Counted from the stretch's first letter, positions 27,401 to 36,160 are shown. The stretch: 64,000 bases of DNA from a virus (IMGVR_UViG_2932604667_000002:17261-81260), one strand, 5' to 3'. The notes: a model not told the origin generated them from the sequence alone. Translations and numbers: made by a program.

Positions 27401-28137
27401 CAGTGTCCTCTCTCGTCGCCCCAGAGGTGGATGTGGAGCCTCGGGGTGAAGTTGAACCGGTAGTGCAGCGCCCGGTCGATGATGCGGCGGGACACGTCGG
27501 CGAGCACGGACGCGCTCCGCCCCTCCGGCATGATCCACACGAGGCGGGAGGGGATGTCGTGGTCGACGGTCAGGCTGGCGACCTCGTCCACGTCGTCGGC
27601 GGTACGGCAGACGACCTTGAAGACGGCCTTGCCGCTGGCGTTGAACTCCCGCAGGGCCAGCGGGTTGATCCGCTTGGCCTCGAAGAGGTGGGAGTGCCCC
27701 AGCTTCGGGGACACGTTGAAGGCGTCGACCATGAGCACGCTCCGGCGGGTCGGCCGGACGGTGCCGTTGGTTTCGACCTCGATGCGGCGGCCCATGGCGG
27801 CCAGCCCGTCGAGGAGGAGGTCCCAGCCGTGCTGCTTCTGGTGGAGCAGCGGCTCGCCGCCGGTGATGACGACCATGCCGGCGCGGTGGCTCTCGACGGT
27901 CGTGAGGATCTCGGCGACGGGGACCCGCTGCAGTTCCTGGCGTAGGTCGAACCGGTCGGCGTCCCAGGTGTAGGCGGCATCGCACCAGGCACAGGCCAGA
28001 TTACAGCCGCTGAGCCGTACGAAGGAGGCTACGACGCCGAGCGATGGACCCTCGCCCTGGACGGTCGGGCCGAAGACTTCGGAGACGACGAGGGTCGTGT
28101 CTGTGGCGTGGGTGTCGGCGGTCGGTGTGGTGGTCAT
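27400..28137 (-). CDS. queE: 7-carboxy-7-deazaguanine synthase (radical SAM)
   Basis: CNLACAWCD, ITGGEPLL. Confidence 0.75.
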   Translation of the reverse strand: MTTTPTADTHATDTTLVVSEVFGPTVQGEGPSLGVVASFVRLSGCNLACAWCDAAYTWDADRFDLRQELQRVPVAEILTTVESHRAGMVVITGGEPLLHQKQHGWDLLLDGLAAMGRRIEVETNGTVRPTRRSVLMVDAFNVSPKLGHSHLFEAKRINPLALREFNASGKAVFKVVCRTADDVDEVASLTVDHDIPSRLVWIMPEGRSASVLADVSRRIIDRALHYRFNFTPRLHIHLWGDERGH

Positions 28138-28658
28138 GCGGGTGGGGCGCCTTCCTGTAGGAGGTGACGCAGCTCGTCCTGGGCCTGCGGTGGCAGGCCG
28201 GTCGGCTCGTCTTGGGCGGCCCATTCGGCGGCGTTGACGTGCGTCTCGCTGATGCGGACACGGGAGATGTGCGCGCCGGCGGCCAGCCCTGGGATCCCGT
28301 GGATCCAGGTGGCGGCCTGGGTGGCGATCAGGTGGGCGACCGCTTCGACCGTGGGCCAGGCGGCGCCTGGCCAGTCCTCTCCGAACACGAACACCTTCGA
28401 ATGGGCGGATCGGAGTGCGGAGACGAGGGGGTCTCGGTGGCCGAGCATAGCCCCGTGATCAAGGTGGGCGTCGATCCATCCGCGCATCGCTGCTTTGAAG
28501 AGGCCGAACTCGGCGACGGTGTAGTCCTCGGACAGGCCGGGGGCCAAGATGGTTACCTCTGCCCACCAGGAGTGGCCGTGCAGGCTCTGGCACTTGCCGC
28601 CGAGGTGGGGCAGGCGGTGGGCGGTCTCGAAGTTGTGCCGGCAGGTGACGGACGTCAT
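28134..28658 (-). CDS. queD: 6-carboxy-5,6,7,8-tetrahydropterin synthase
   Basis: CQSLHGHSW (CxxxHGH). Confidence 0.7.
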   Translation of the reverse strand: MTSVTCRHNFETAHRLPHLGGKCQSLHGHSWWAEVTILAPGLSEDYTVAEFGLFKAAMRGWIDAHLDHGAMLGHRDPLVSALRSAHSKVFVFGEDWPGAAWPTVEAVAHLIATQAATWIHGIPGLAAGAHISRVRISETHVNAAEWAAQDEPTGLPPQAQDELRHLLQEGAPPA

Positions 28659-29368
28659 GGCACCGCCGGGGCCTGGTAGGTGGTGGCGGCGTCGGCGTAG
28701 CCGGTGGGGTCGCCGACGCACGCTTCGGCGAACGCCTGGCGTCGTTCCTGGCAGGTGCCGCAGGTGCCGCAGTGGAGGTCACCGCCCTTGTAGCAGGACC
28801 AGGACAGGTACAGCGGCGCGTCGAGGTTGTGGCCGAGGTGGACGATGGCGGTCTTCGTCCAGCCGATGAACGGTGTTTCGACGGTGAAGCCGGGCCGGGC
28901 GAATCCTTCGTTGCCCAGGGCGACGGTGTCGCGGAACGCTTCGATGAAGGCGGGCCGGCAGTCCGGGTAGATGAAGTGGTCGCCGGCGTGGACGGCGGTG
29001 GCGATGCGGTCGCAGCCGCGGGCTACGGCGACGGCGGCCGCGGCGGAGAGCAGGACCATGTTGCGGTTCGGGACGACGGTGACCTTCATGGACGCTTCGG
29101 CGTAGTGGCCGTCGGGGACGGACACCGCGGTGTCGGTCAGCGCGGAGCCGGACAGGAGTTGGCCGAAGGCGCGCAGGTCGAGGGTGTCGTGGCGGATGCC
29201 GTAGTGGTCGGCGACGGCTCGCGCGGAGTCGAGCTCCCGGATGTGACGCTGGCCGTAGTCGACGGACAGGGCGTGCAGGTCGTCGCCGTTCTCGTAGTAG
29301 TGGGCCGCCAGGACGGTGGAGTCCAGTCCGCCGGACAGCAGGATGAGCGTCGTGGTCATGGCGGGCAT
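28655..29368 (-). CDS. queC: 7-cyano-7-deazaguanine synthase
   Basis: LLSGGLDST PP-loop, C-terminal 4-Cys site; alt. ATG 29359; no SD, CGCGACCTTAACC motif 15 nt upstream. Confidence 0.75.
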   Translation of the reverse strand: MPAMTTTLILLSGGLDSTVLAAHYYENGDDLHALSVDYGQRHIRELDSARAVADHYGIRHDTLDLRAFGQLLSGSALTDTAVSVPDGHYAEASMKVTVVPNRNMVLLSAAAAVAVARGCDRIATAVHAGDHFIYPDCRPAFIEAFRDTVALGNEGFARPGFTVETPFIGWTKTAIVHLGHNLDAPLYLSWSCYKGGDLHCGTCGTCQERRQAFAEACVGDPTGYADAATTYQAPAVP

Positions 29369-29382
29369 GCTCGCGATCGGGG

Positions 29383-29402
29383 GTGGTTAAGGTCGCGCCC
29401 TG
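29383..29402 (-). promoter_or_regulatory. second motif class GGTTAAGGTCGCGCCCTG upstream of queC
   Basis: 18/19 identical to copy at 30972. Confidence 0.4.
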
Positions 29403-30289
29403 GCATCGGCCGGGGTGGCGTCGGCGAGGTGTGCGTGGACGCCGGAGGCGCCGGCGGCGAGGTCATCGACGTTGGTGTCTGCGAGGTAGATGTGCGGGCC
29501 GGGCTGGTCCTCGGTGTGGCCGGGGATGGCGACGGGTCCGTGCCGGGCGCGGAGCCAGGTTTCGGCGCGGTGGAAGGCGGTGGCGGCCATGCGGCTCACC
29601 TCGTTGCGGGTGTAGGTCTTGCGGTCGGCCAGTCGTGCGGGGTCGCCGCCGTGGGCGCGGATGAGGTGGGTGTAGCGCCACACGTCCCGGCCTCCGATCT
29701 TGACGTTGATCCATCGGCTGCGGTGGTCGTCCCATAGCGCGACGGCGCCGAAGCGGTGGGCCTTGCTCCAGGAGGTGGAGTCGACGGAGTAGTACGGCAG
29801 GGCGGCGAGGTCTGTCCAGCGGGTCAGGCCCAGGCCGTGGAAGACGGCGCGGCCGCGGGCCTCGCGGAAGCAGCGGATCGCCCAGGGCATGACGGCTTTG
29901 TGGTGGCGTCCGACCAGGCCGCCGAGGCAGATGTAGGTGTATCCGGCGTCGAGGTAGCGGCGGAGTTCGGTGAAGTCGGATCCGGCGTGGAAGACAGGGA
30001 TGGGGCGGAGCCCTTCGGCTTCGAGCGCGCGCTGGTTACGCCAGGTCGCGGCCGGGTCTCCGATGACGTCGAGGTTGATGTAGTGCGTGATGTAGGGCTT
30101 CCACCTGTGGAGCCAGTCGGCGTACTCGTCGATATTGATCGCGGCGCCCTGGGTGTGAGCGGAGAACGCGCCGGAGTCGGCAAGGAAACGGTGCCCGGGG
30201 CCGAGCCTGCGGGTGAAGGCGGCGATGTCGACACTGCGGAAGTAGTGGAAGGACCCCAGCGCTTTGAAGCCCTCGCGCGGGGTGCTCAT
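29387..30289 (-). CDS. dpdA: DpdA-like transglycosylase (paralog 2)
   Basis: DSGAF, PVFHAG; ATGA overlap with ParB-like gene; adjacent to queC. Confidence 0.55.
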   Translation of the reverse strand: MSTPREGFKALGSFHYFRSVDIAAFTRRLGPGHRFLADSGAFSAHTQGAAINIDEYADWLHRWKPYITHYINLDVIGDPAATWRNQRALEAEGLRPIPVFHAGSDFTELRRYLDAGYTYICLGGLVGRHHKAVMPWAIRCFREARGRAVFHGLGLTRWTDLAALPYYSVDSTSWSKAHRFGAVALWDDHRSRWINVKIGGRDVWRYTHLIRAHGGDPARLADRKTYTRNEVSRMAATAFHRAETWLRARHGPVAIPGHTEDQPGPHIYLADTNVDDLAAGASGVHAHLADATPADARARP

Positions 30290-30954
30290 TCCTGCAGGGA
30301 CCTCATCTTGTTGAGCAGGGCGATGAAGCGCTCGGAGTCGTCGAACGCGCCGAACGGGTCGGTCAGGGTGTAGAAGTCGTCCTTGATGTTCGGCGGGACC
30401 TTGAAGCGCAGCGTCGGCCACATGTCGGCGTCGTCGGGCTCGCCGTACTCCTTCTCAAGGTCTTCCAGGGTGGGCGGGGCGCCCATGGTGGCGACCAGGT
30501 CTGCCAGGTCGTTGTGGCTGTAGCCGGTGAGGGGAAGCAGGTCGGGGTTGTCGTCGGCGATCTCGTCGAGGACTTCGGCGAGCAGCCGGTTGTCCCAGCC
30601 GCCGGTCTCTGAGAGCCGGTTGTCGGCGACCAGGTATGCCTCTGCTTCGGCGTCGGAGCGGGAGGACCAGCCGCGGACGATGGGGACGGCCCAGTCGTCG
30701 CCGTCGAGGTGGACGCCTTCGGGCGGTGTGGCGCCGGCGTCGCGCATCTCGGTGAGCGTATCCAGGCGGCCGTGCCCGGCGACGAGGCGGCCGGTGCGTT
30801 CGTCGAGCATGCCGGCGACCAGGCAGCCGAACTTCTCGATGGAGGCTCGGATGGCGGCGCTGTTGTGCGCTTTGGGGTTGCGGTTGGCCCGGGGGATGTC
30901 GTCGAGGCGGAGGTAGTCGACGTAGCGGCCCTTGGCCGGTGAGGTGGCGTTCAC
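30286..30954 (-). CDS. ParB-like nuclease-domain protein (DpdB-like)
   Basis: LVAGHGRL ParB/Srx motif; GTG start. Confidence 0.55.
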   Translation of the reverse strand: MNATSPAKGRYVDYLRLDDIPRANRNPKAHNSAAIRASIEKFGCLVAGMLDERTGRLVAGHGRLDTLTEMRDAGATPPEGVHLDGDDWAVPIVRGWSSRSDAEAEAYLVADNRLSETGGWDNRLLAEVLDEIADDNPDLLPLTGYSHNDLADLVATMGAPPTLEDLEKEYGEPDDADMWPTLRFKVPPNIKDDFYTLTDPFGAFDDSERFIALLNKMRSLQE

Positions 30955-30971
30955 AGGCCCGGACGGTAGGG

Positions 30972-30991
30972 CGCGGAGCTGGTTTAGGTCG
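30972..30991 (-). promoter_or_regulatory. second motif class GGTTTAGGTCGCGCCCTG upstream of ParB-like gene
   Basis: direct repeat of 29383 copy. Confidence 0.4.
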
Positions 30992-31008
30992 CGCCCTGCA
31001 GGCGCGGG

Positions 31009-31293
31009 TCAGCGGGTGTCGGTGTTGGGGTCCCCTGATGGGAGTTCGATCACCCGCGGAGGCCTGATGGGTTTGGTTTGAATAGGCGGGTGATCACAGA
31101 CGGGGCACTGGCAGCGGACGTAGCGCTCGCCGCGGCGGAGCTTGGGCAGCGCTACTCGGCCGTCGCATTTTTCGTGGCTTGCGTCGACCTGTTCGGGGTC
31201 GCCCATCTGGCAGGGAATCGACACGTGTGGCGGCAGTTTTGCGGATGCCGACTCTTGGTCGGGCGTCTGCCTGTGACGGCTTCTCCTGGGCAC
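31009..31293 (-). CDS. small zinc-ribbon protein (start uncertain)
   Basis: CQCPVCDH; in a lower-GC island; 23-bp palindrome upstream. Confidence 0.35.
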   Translation of the reverse strand: MPRRSRHRQTPDQESASAKLPPHVSIPCQMGDPEQVDASHEKCDGRVALPKLRRGERYVRCQCPVCDHPPIQTKPIRPPRVIELPSGDPNTDTR

Positions 31294-31305
31294 AGTCTCA
31301 CCTTG

Positions 31306-31328
31306 CCACGTTTCGCACTCATAGTGCG
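31306..31328. promoter_or_regulatory. 23-bp perfect palindrome (candidate operator)
   Basis: GTTTCGCACT-CAT-AGTGCGAAAC upstream of 31009..31293. Confidence 0.4.
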
Positions 31329-31466
31329 AAACATTGGCGGGTCGTGGACGACCTTGCGGAGCGTCCGGGGAAGTGATTCATGAGCTTTGTACCACCTGCC
31401 CCTTTCGAGTAGTAGAACGGGCCACCCCCAATGCGGGGATGGCCCGTTTTTCGTACGGTTCGGCTG

Positions 31467-32357
31467 CTACTTGGTCGGGGAGGTCATCTGGATGGATCCG
31501 CCCGAGGGCAGCGGCACGAACGGCGGGTGATCGCTGCTCTGGTAGATCTTGTAGAGGACGGCCCACTGTGCGCCGAGCACGCCCTCCAGTTGCCGCAGGG
31601 ATTTCATCTCGGTGTTGGTCCTGGCGTTGACTTGTTCCTGGACGGCCTTCTGGACCTTGGCGACCTGCTCGGCGGCGAGCGCCTCCTCCATCTCCTGCGG
31701 CGGGGAGGGCTTCTGCAGGACCAGCGTCGGCGAGCCGCAGTCCCCGGTCCCCTGGAAGGTCGGGGCGCAGAAGTAGTCGTCGCCGGCGAGCTCTCGGGTG
31801 TATTTGCTGGCGAGCTGGCCGACCTTGGTCGACCAGGCCGTGTAGGTCCTGGCGTCGTTGTAGAGGGCGCGCATGTTGTAGCCGGACGCGGCCTCCTTCA
31901 TGGCTCGCGCGAGCGGCTGGCCGAGGTAGGTGTTGACCAGCTTGTCCCACCCGTGCGGGTTGTTGTCGTCGGCGAAGTCGACCCCGTACCCCTTGGCGAT
32001 CCGCTCGTGGAAGGCGCGCAGCTTGTCGCAGGCCGTGTTGAGCGCGAAGTTGGCCGCCCCGGGCACGGTCATCTTGACGTTGTCGCGGGACACGATCTCG
32101 ATCGGGCCGGCCTGCGCGCCGTCCTCGCTGTCGAAGCGGTAGGCGAGCTGGCCGCGCCGGTAGACGTAGGCGGAGTCGTCCCAGCCCAGGGGCTGGACCT
32201 TGTTCGGCGGGATGCAGCGTAGGAAGGAAACGCCCTCGATCGGGCCGCCGGAGTAGTTGAGGGCGATCTCGTTGGCGTCGGTCTGGGCGCACGCCGCGGC
32301 GAGCAGGGCAGCGGCGGCCAGGGCCAGGGCGAGGCGCCCCGCCGTGGTGGTGGTCAT
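31467..32357 (-). CDS. lipoprotein (296 aa)
   Basis: signal peptide with LAAC lipobox. Confidence 0.65.
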   Translation of the reverse strand: MTTTTAGRLALALAAAALLAAACAQTDANEIALNYSGGPIEGVSFLRCIPPNKVQPLGWDDSAYVYRRGQLAYRFDSEDGAQAGPIEIVSRDNVKMTVPGAANFALNTACDKLRAFHERIAKGYGVDFADDNNPHGWDKLVNTYLGQPLARAMKEAASGYNMRALYNDARTYTAWSTKVGQLASKYTRELAGDDYFCAPTFQGTGDCGSPTLVLQKPSPPQEMEEALAAEQVAKVQKAVQEQVNARTNTEMKSLRQLEGVLGAQWAVLYKIYQSSDHPPFVPLPSGGSIQMTSPTK

Positions 32358-32516
32358 GTGGTTGGTTCCCCCGGATGGTGCAGCCCCGGGCAGGGCTGGA
32401 AAGGGCCAGGGCGCCGCTCCGGGGTGAGGTCCGGATGCGGCGCCCTGGTGATCGGTGGTGGCCGGGGGGCGATCGGATTCTGTGGTTCCGCGCTGGTGGG
32501 GCGTCCTCGCGGCGCG

Positions 32517-32535
32517 GGAAAGTGCCCGTATTTAG
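32517..32535 (-). promoter_or_regulatory. degenerate promoter core without hairpin, upstream of lipoprotein gene
   Basis: GTGCCCGTATTTAGCGG. Confidence 0.35.
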
Positions 32536-32546
32536 CGGAGGCTTGG

Positions 32547-32762
32547 TCAGACGTAGAAGTGGCGTTCGGCGTAGCTGTAGACCATGTCGTTGGCCTCGGC
32601 CCGGGTCTCGCAGTGGTCGCTGAGCACGACCGTGCCGTTCCAGTCGAGTGCGCGCCACATCAGGCTGCCGAGGTCGTCCTCGTACTCCTCGATGTAGCCG
32701 ATGACGTCGCCGTGCGGGTCGGTGATGGCCTCGGGCTCGGGGGCGGTCCTGGGTGTGGTCAC
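32547..32762 (-). CDS. hypothetical protein (71 aa, GTG)
   Basis: GTGA overlap. Confidence 0.4.
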   Translation of the reverse strand: MTTPRTAPEPEAITDPHGDVIGYIEEYEDDLGSLMWRALDWNGTVVLSDHCETRAEANDMVYSYAERHFYV

Positions 32763-33085
32763 TGGGGGTCTCCTTCGGCGGCCTTGCGCCAGGCCCGGAT
32801 GAGTATGGCGGTTGCTTCGGCGCGGGTGCCGGGCTGGCAGCGGTGCAGGGGCTCGGGGCTGGTGAACTCGGCCCGCAGGCGCCAGCCGTTGCGGTACCAC
32901 TTCCCGAAGCCGCGGGAGTCGGTGGCAGCTTCGACGACTCCGATCTTGCGGTCGTTCACGTACAGGTCGTACTCGTAGCGTTCGTTGTAGGTGTCTCGGC
33001 GGGGGCCGTACTCGACGGTGAGTTCCGCGGGCCACTGGCTGTTGCTGTAGCGGCCGGGCCGGGCTGTGGTGCGTCTGGCGGGCAT
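32759..33085 (-). CDS. hypothetical protein (108 aa)
   Basis: ATG 33085, AAAGGA SD. Confidence 0.5.
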   Translation of the reverse strand: MPARRTTARPGRYSNSQWPAELTVEYGPRRDTYNERYEYDLYVNDRKIGVVEAATDSRGFGKWYRNGWRLRAEFTSPEPLHRCQPGTRAEATAILIRAWRKAAEGDPQ

Positions 33086-33101
33086 CGGTGTCCTTTCGGG
33101 G

Positions 33102-33428
33102 TTATCGGCGGGTGGCCTGGAAGACGAGGCGGGTGATCGCGGCCTGGCGGGCGCCGTACTGGCGGGGGGTCATGGTGGAGTCTTCGGCGTAGTACTCGTC
33201 GTCCAGGGCGGTGCTGGCGGCGACGTGGTAGGCGGCGAGGGCCTGGCCGATCGTGGGAGTCTGTCCGTCGCGCACCGCCCGCTGGAAGCCGCCGAAGTGC
33301 TCCTCAAGGTCGTCGGAGTTCCGGATCAGCCGGGTCATTCCGGAGGCCTTGAGGCTGTTGACGGCCTCGGCCAGGGTCCAGGAGCCCAGGGAGTGCGGGA
33401 CCTGCATGTCCAGGGTGATTGCGATCAT
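33102..33428 (-). CDS. hypothetical protein (108 aa)
   Basis: first gene after cassette 33452; GGAGG SD. Confidence 0.55.
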   Translation of the reverse strand: MIAITLDMQVPHSLGSWTLAEAVNSLKASGMTRLIRNSDDLEEHFGGFQRAVRDGQTPTIGQALAAYHVAASTALDDEYYAEDSTMTPRQYGARQAAITRLVFQATRR

Positions 33429-33451
33429 GGCGGTGCCTCCGGTTCGGGGGT

Positions 33452-33507
33452 GTCGGGTCGCTCTCCCAACACCCTCAAAGGTACCGGTATTTAACTGGCC
33501 TGGCAAT
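33452..33507 (-). promoter_or_regulatory. promoter/leader-hairpin cassette
   Basis: core GTACCGGTATTTAA; TGGCAAT. Confidence 0.65.
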
Positions 33508-33838
33508 CGGCGCGGGCCTGCTGGCGGGCGGCTCGGGCTGCTCGCGCGCCGACGTAGCGGCCGTTCTTGTAGGCATTCATGTTCCCCAGCGGCGGCCCGG
33601 CCTTGCGCAGGCCGGCGGACAGGAACCAGGCCAGGGCGGTGTTGAGATCCCACAGCCGCGGCCTGCCCTTGCCGGGCGCGTGCACGCCGGGGATCGGCTC
33701 GGGGAAGCCTGTGGTGGCGCGGCGGTCGTACCAGGTGCGGACGTGCTTGGGCGTGATGGTGCGCGCGCCGAGTTCGGTCATGGCGCTGAAGGTCGTGAAG
33801 ACCTCAGCGAGGTCCTTGGCGGTCACCCGTCCGGACAT
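33491..33838 (-). CDS. HTH_17/excisionase-family DNA-binding protein (115 aa)
   Basis: AKDLAEVFTTFSAMTELGARTITPKHVRTWYDRRATTGFPEP; stop is the TAA inside TTAAATA of cassette 33452. Confidence 0.5.
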   Translation of the reverse strand: MSGRVTAKDLAEVFTTFSAMTELGARTITPKHVRTWYDRRATTGFPEPIPGVHAPGKGRPRLWDLNTALAWFLSAGLRKAGPPLGNMNAYKNGRYVGARAARAARQQARADCQAS

Positions 33839-33851
33839 CCCCGCCGGCAGA

Positions 33852-34331
33852 TCAGCGTGGGCGGGTGGGGCCGTAGGCGTGCCAGGTTCGATGGTTGATC
33901 CGGTTCCGGCGGGTGTGCTCAATGGTCTTCGTCGTTCCGCTCGAATCGTTCCAGCAGAACGCGAGAACCAGATGGACGCCGGCGACGACCTCGGGGTTGC
34001 GCCGGTGCCCAGCGGACGGGCACCAGGTGGTGCCGTCGTCTCGCGTCCGCCGATGGTCGGGTTTACAGGTAGGGGCACAGGTGTCCCAGTCCGCCGGCAC
34101 CGGATCCTCGAGCACGGTGACGTCCGGACGGGACGGATTGGCTTTCTGGTGCCTGACCCATTGGTGGGCGATGTGGTCGGCGCCGCGTTTCGCGGCGCCG
34201 TGCCTGACCAGCAGGGTAGCGCCGGGCCGGGTCTTGGTCAGTTGCTCGTCCAGCGCGTCGGTGACGATGTAAGCGAGTTCTTGGGGCCAGTCTTGGGATC
34301 CGGTGACGGCGACCAGGCGGGCGTTCATCAT
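33852..34331 (-). CDS. SLOG/DUF2493-like protein (159 aa)
   Basis: VAVTGSQDW motif. Confidence 0.4.
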   Translation of the reverse strand: MMNARLVAVTGSQDWPQELAYIVTDALDEQLTKTRPGATLLVRHGAAKRGADHIAHQWVRHQKANPSRPDVTVLEDPVPADWDTCAPTCKPDHRRTRDDGTTWCPSAGHRRNPEVVAGVHLVLAFCWNDSSGTTKTIEHTRRNRINHRTWHAYGPTRPR

Positions 34332-34338
34332 GGCGAGG

Positions 34339-34575
34339 TTACGACTCGGGAGGGGTCTGCTTCTCGTCGAGCTCGGCGACCTCCTTGCGGGTGCGCTGCA
34401 GCTCGTCGTCGACCCAGAGAAGCTGGGCGATGACCGCCAGGACGGAGCCGGTGATCAGGCCGACGGCGGCGAGGTCCTTCGGGTCGCCGACGATCCCCAT
34501 GCGCAGCAGGCCGACGGTGACGCCGGCGGTGGCGGTGGCGACCGAGGTGTAGGTCATTTTCCTTGAGCGGGACAT
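34339..34575 (-). CDS. small membrane protein (78 aa)
   Basis: AAGGAAG SD. Confidence 0.5.
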   Translation of the reverse strand: MSRSRKMTYTSVATATAGVTVGLLRMGIVGDPKDLAAVGLITGSVLAVIAQLLWVDDELQRTRKEVAELDEKQTPPES

Positions 34576-34643
34576 GCGGGGCACTTCCTTCGATAAGAGA
34601 GAGGCCCCGGCCGGGTGGCCGAGGCTGTTGGGGGATGGCGGGG

Positions 34644-34754
34644 TCAGGAGTAGAACCGGCGCAGCAGGTTCCTCACCAGACGCAGCCTGTGGGCTCGGGT
34701 CTGGCAGTTGCGGGTCTGACACCAGCACATCGCCGAGTCGTTGGGCATTCCCAT
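34644..34754 (-). CDS. small basic Cys-containing peptide (36 aa)
   Basis: strong AAGGAGA SD; MGMPNDSAMCWCQTRNCQTRAHRLRLVRNLLRRFYS; below ORF-track size cutoff. Confidence 0.35.
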   Translation of the reverse strand: MGMPNDSAMCWCQTRNCQTRAHRLRLVRNLLRRFYS

Positions 34755-34810
34755 GAGGGTCTCCTTTGGTGGGGGTCGTGCGGGGGTTAGGGGAAGGGTT
34801 CGGTGGGCTT

Positions 34811-35185
34811 CTACGGGAGGCTGTCCACGCGGTCGGGGCAGTGGCGCGCGACGACGTACACGGCGAGGTGGCCTGCCTCGCCGCCGGAGAGGCCCTCATC
34901 CGCGACGACTTTGATCATGCGTAGCCAGCCGTCCCGCATGGCCAGGACTTCGCAGGCGGCCTTGCCGATCGTGTCCAGGTCCGCATCCGGCCGGTTCGCC
35001 AACGAGGGCACGTGCTCTCGGACGAGTCGGTAGTAGTCCTCAGCCGAGAGCGGGCCAGCCACGGCGAGCTGGTCACGCAGGTGGGCGTTCTGCGGGGGCG
35101 GATCAGGTGAGCATGCGGCCAGGGCGAGCGCGGCGGCCGCGAAGGCGAGGACGCGACGCACTGCGCGGATGGTGGCCTGGTTCAT
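34811..35185 (-). CDS. lipoprotein (124 aa)
   Basis: signal peptide with LAAC lipobox; AGGAGA SD; hairpin-only element 35209 upstream. Confidence 0.6.
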   Translation of the reverse strand: MNQATIRAVRRVLAFAAAALALAACSPDPPPQNAHLRDQLAVAGPLSAEDYYRLVREHVPSLANRPDADLDTIGKAACEVLAMRDGWLRMIKVVADEGLSGGEAGHLAVYVVARHCPDRVDSLP

Positions 35186-35208
35186 GGTGTCTCCTGTTCG
35201 GCGAGGGT

Positions 35209-35229
35209 GTCGGGTCGCTCTCCCAACAC
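35209..35229 (-). promoter_or_regulatory. leader hairpin only (promoter core replaced by terminator hairpin)
   Basis: GGGTCGCTCTCCCAACAC immediately followed by GTCCCGCC...GGCGGGAC stem. Confidence 0.5.
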
Positions 35230-35235
35230 GTGCGG

Positions 35236-35272
35236 GGGAGGTGTCCCGCCCTCCGTGCGGCGGGCGGGACCG
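35236..35272 (-). terminator. GC-rich hairpin abutting leader hairpin 35209
   Basis: GTCCCGCC...GGCGGGAC. Confidence 0.4.
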
Positions 35273-35277
35273 GTGGT

Positions 35278-35472
35278 TCAGCTCTGGATGATGCGCTGCA
35301 TCTCGTCGAGGATCCGGCGGGCGTTGGCGAGGCCGTCGTCGACCAGGGCGAGCAGGCCCTCGGCCTGGTGGAGCCGCTGCCGTTCGGTGTCGAGCGCCTG
35401 GCGCTCGATCGTCAGCAGCTCGCTCTCCAGGTCGACGACCGCTGTCGTCGCCGGGTCGTTGGGCAGGTCCAT
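35278..35472 (-). CDS. small coiled-coil protein (64 aa)
   Basis: GAAGGAGA SD. Confidence 0.5.
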   Translation of the reverse strand: MDLPNDPATTAVVDLESELLTIERQALDTERQRLHQAEGLLALVDDGLANARRILDEMQRIIQS

Positions 35473-35503
35473 GGGTCTCCTTCGGAGGGGGATCGTGCGG
35501 GGG

Positions 35504-36076
35504 TTAGGCGTTGCGGAACAGGTCGGTGATCCGGGCGGCCTTGGTGGTGTAGGTGATGTGGGCCAGGTGGTCGGGGGACTCGGCCTTGCGCTGAGCCAGG
35601 GCGGTCAGGGCCGCCTCGACGCAGGAGCGGACGTAGGTGGCGACCTGGTTGCCGTGCTCGGCCATCCGGGCGGCGTAGTCGGCCATCTCCTTGGCCTTGC
35701 GCTCCGGCGTGTAGACGCTGGCGAACCGGCGGTAGGTCGAGCAGGTGCCGTCGGCCATCTCCGCGTAGAACTTCCAGTTGCGGCGGGCCTGACGTTCGGC
35801 GCTGGCGGCGGTGTCGGCCTCGCTGGTGCCGCGGATGATGGCGTGGATCTTGGCGGACTCTTCGATGGCGGATGCGGTGGTGTAGCGCACCTCGGCCCGG
35901 GTCGGGGTGACCTTGACGACGACGCCGCGGCGGTACTGGCCTCGGGAGTAGATCCAGACGATGTCGCCCTCGGCGGCGGTGGTCATCGGTTCCATGCCCC
36001 GCTCGCCGGGGCCGACGCCCTTGGGCAGGGCAGCGACGACGGCGCGGGCGGTGGCTTCGATGGTGGCCTGGTCCAT
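35504..36076 (-). CDS. hypothetical protein (190 aa)
   Basis: first gene after cassette 36101; N-terminus MDQAT(I/V)EA shared with 36246 gene. Confidence 0.55.
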   Translation of the reverse strand: MDQATIEATARAVVAALPKGVGPGERGMEPMTTAAEGDIVWIYSRGQYRRGVVVKVTPTRAEVRYTTASAIEESAKIHAIIRGTSEADTAASAERQARRNWKFYAEMADGTCSTYRRFASVYTPERKAKEMADYAARMAEHGNQVATYVRSCVEAALTALAQRKAESPDHLAHITYTTKAARITDLFRNA

Positions 36077-36160
36077 GGCGTCTCCTGTTCGACTGGGGTG
36101 TCGGGTCGCTCTCCCAACACCTCTGAATGTACCGGTATTTAAGTCGACTGGCAACCTTCT
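36040..36160 (-). repeat. near-identical ~115-bp repeat (copy 1) spanning cassette and first 5 codons
   Basis: GGTGGCCTGGTCCATGGCGTCTCCTGTTCGACTG...GGTCGCTCTCCCAACACC; second copy 36495-36610. Confidence 0.5.

Noticed and set aside
23922-27985. Long Arg-rich ORFs 23922..24623, 24523..25074, 25651..26724, 26747..27985
   Set aside because: Read-through of several short genes and cassettes; only the SD-backed C-terminal segments were kept.
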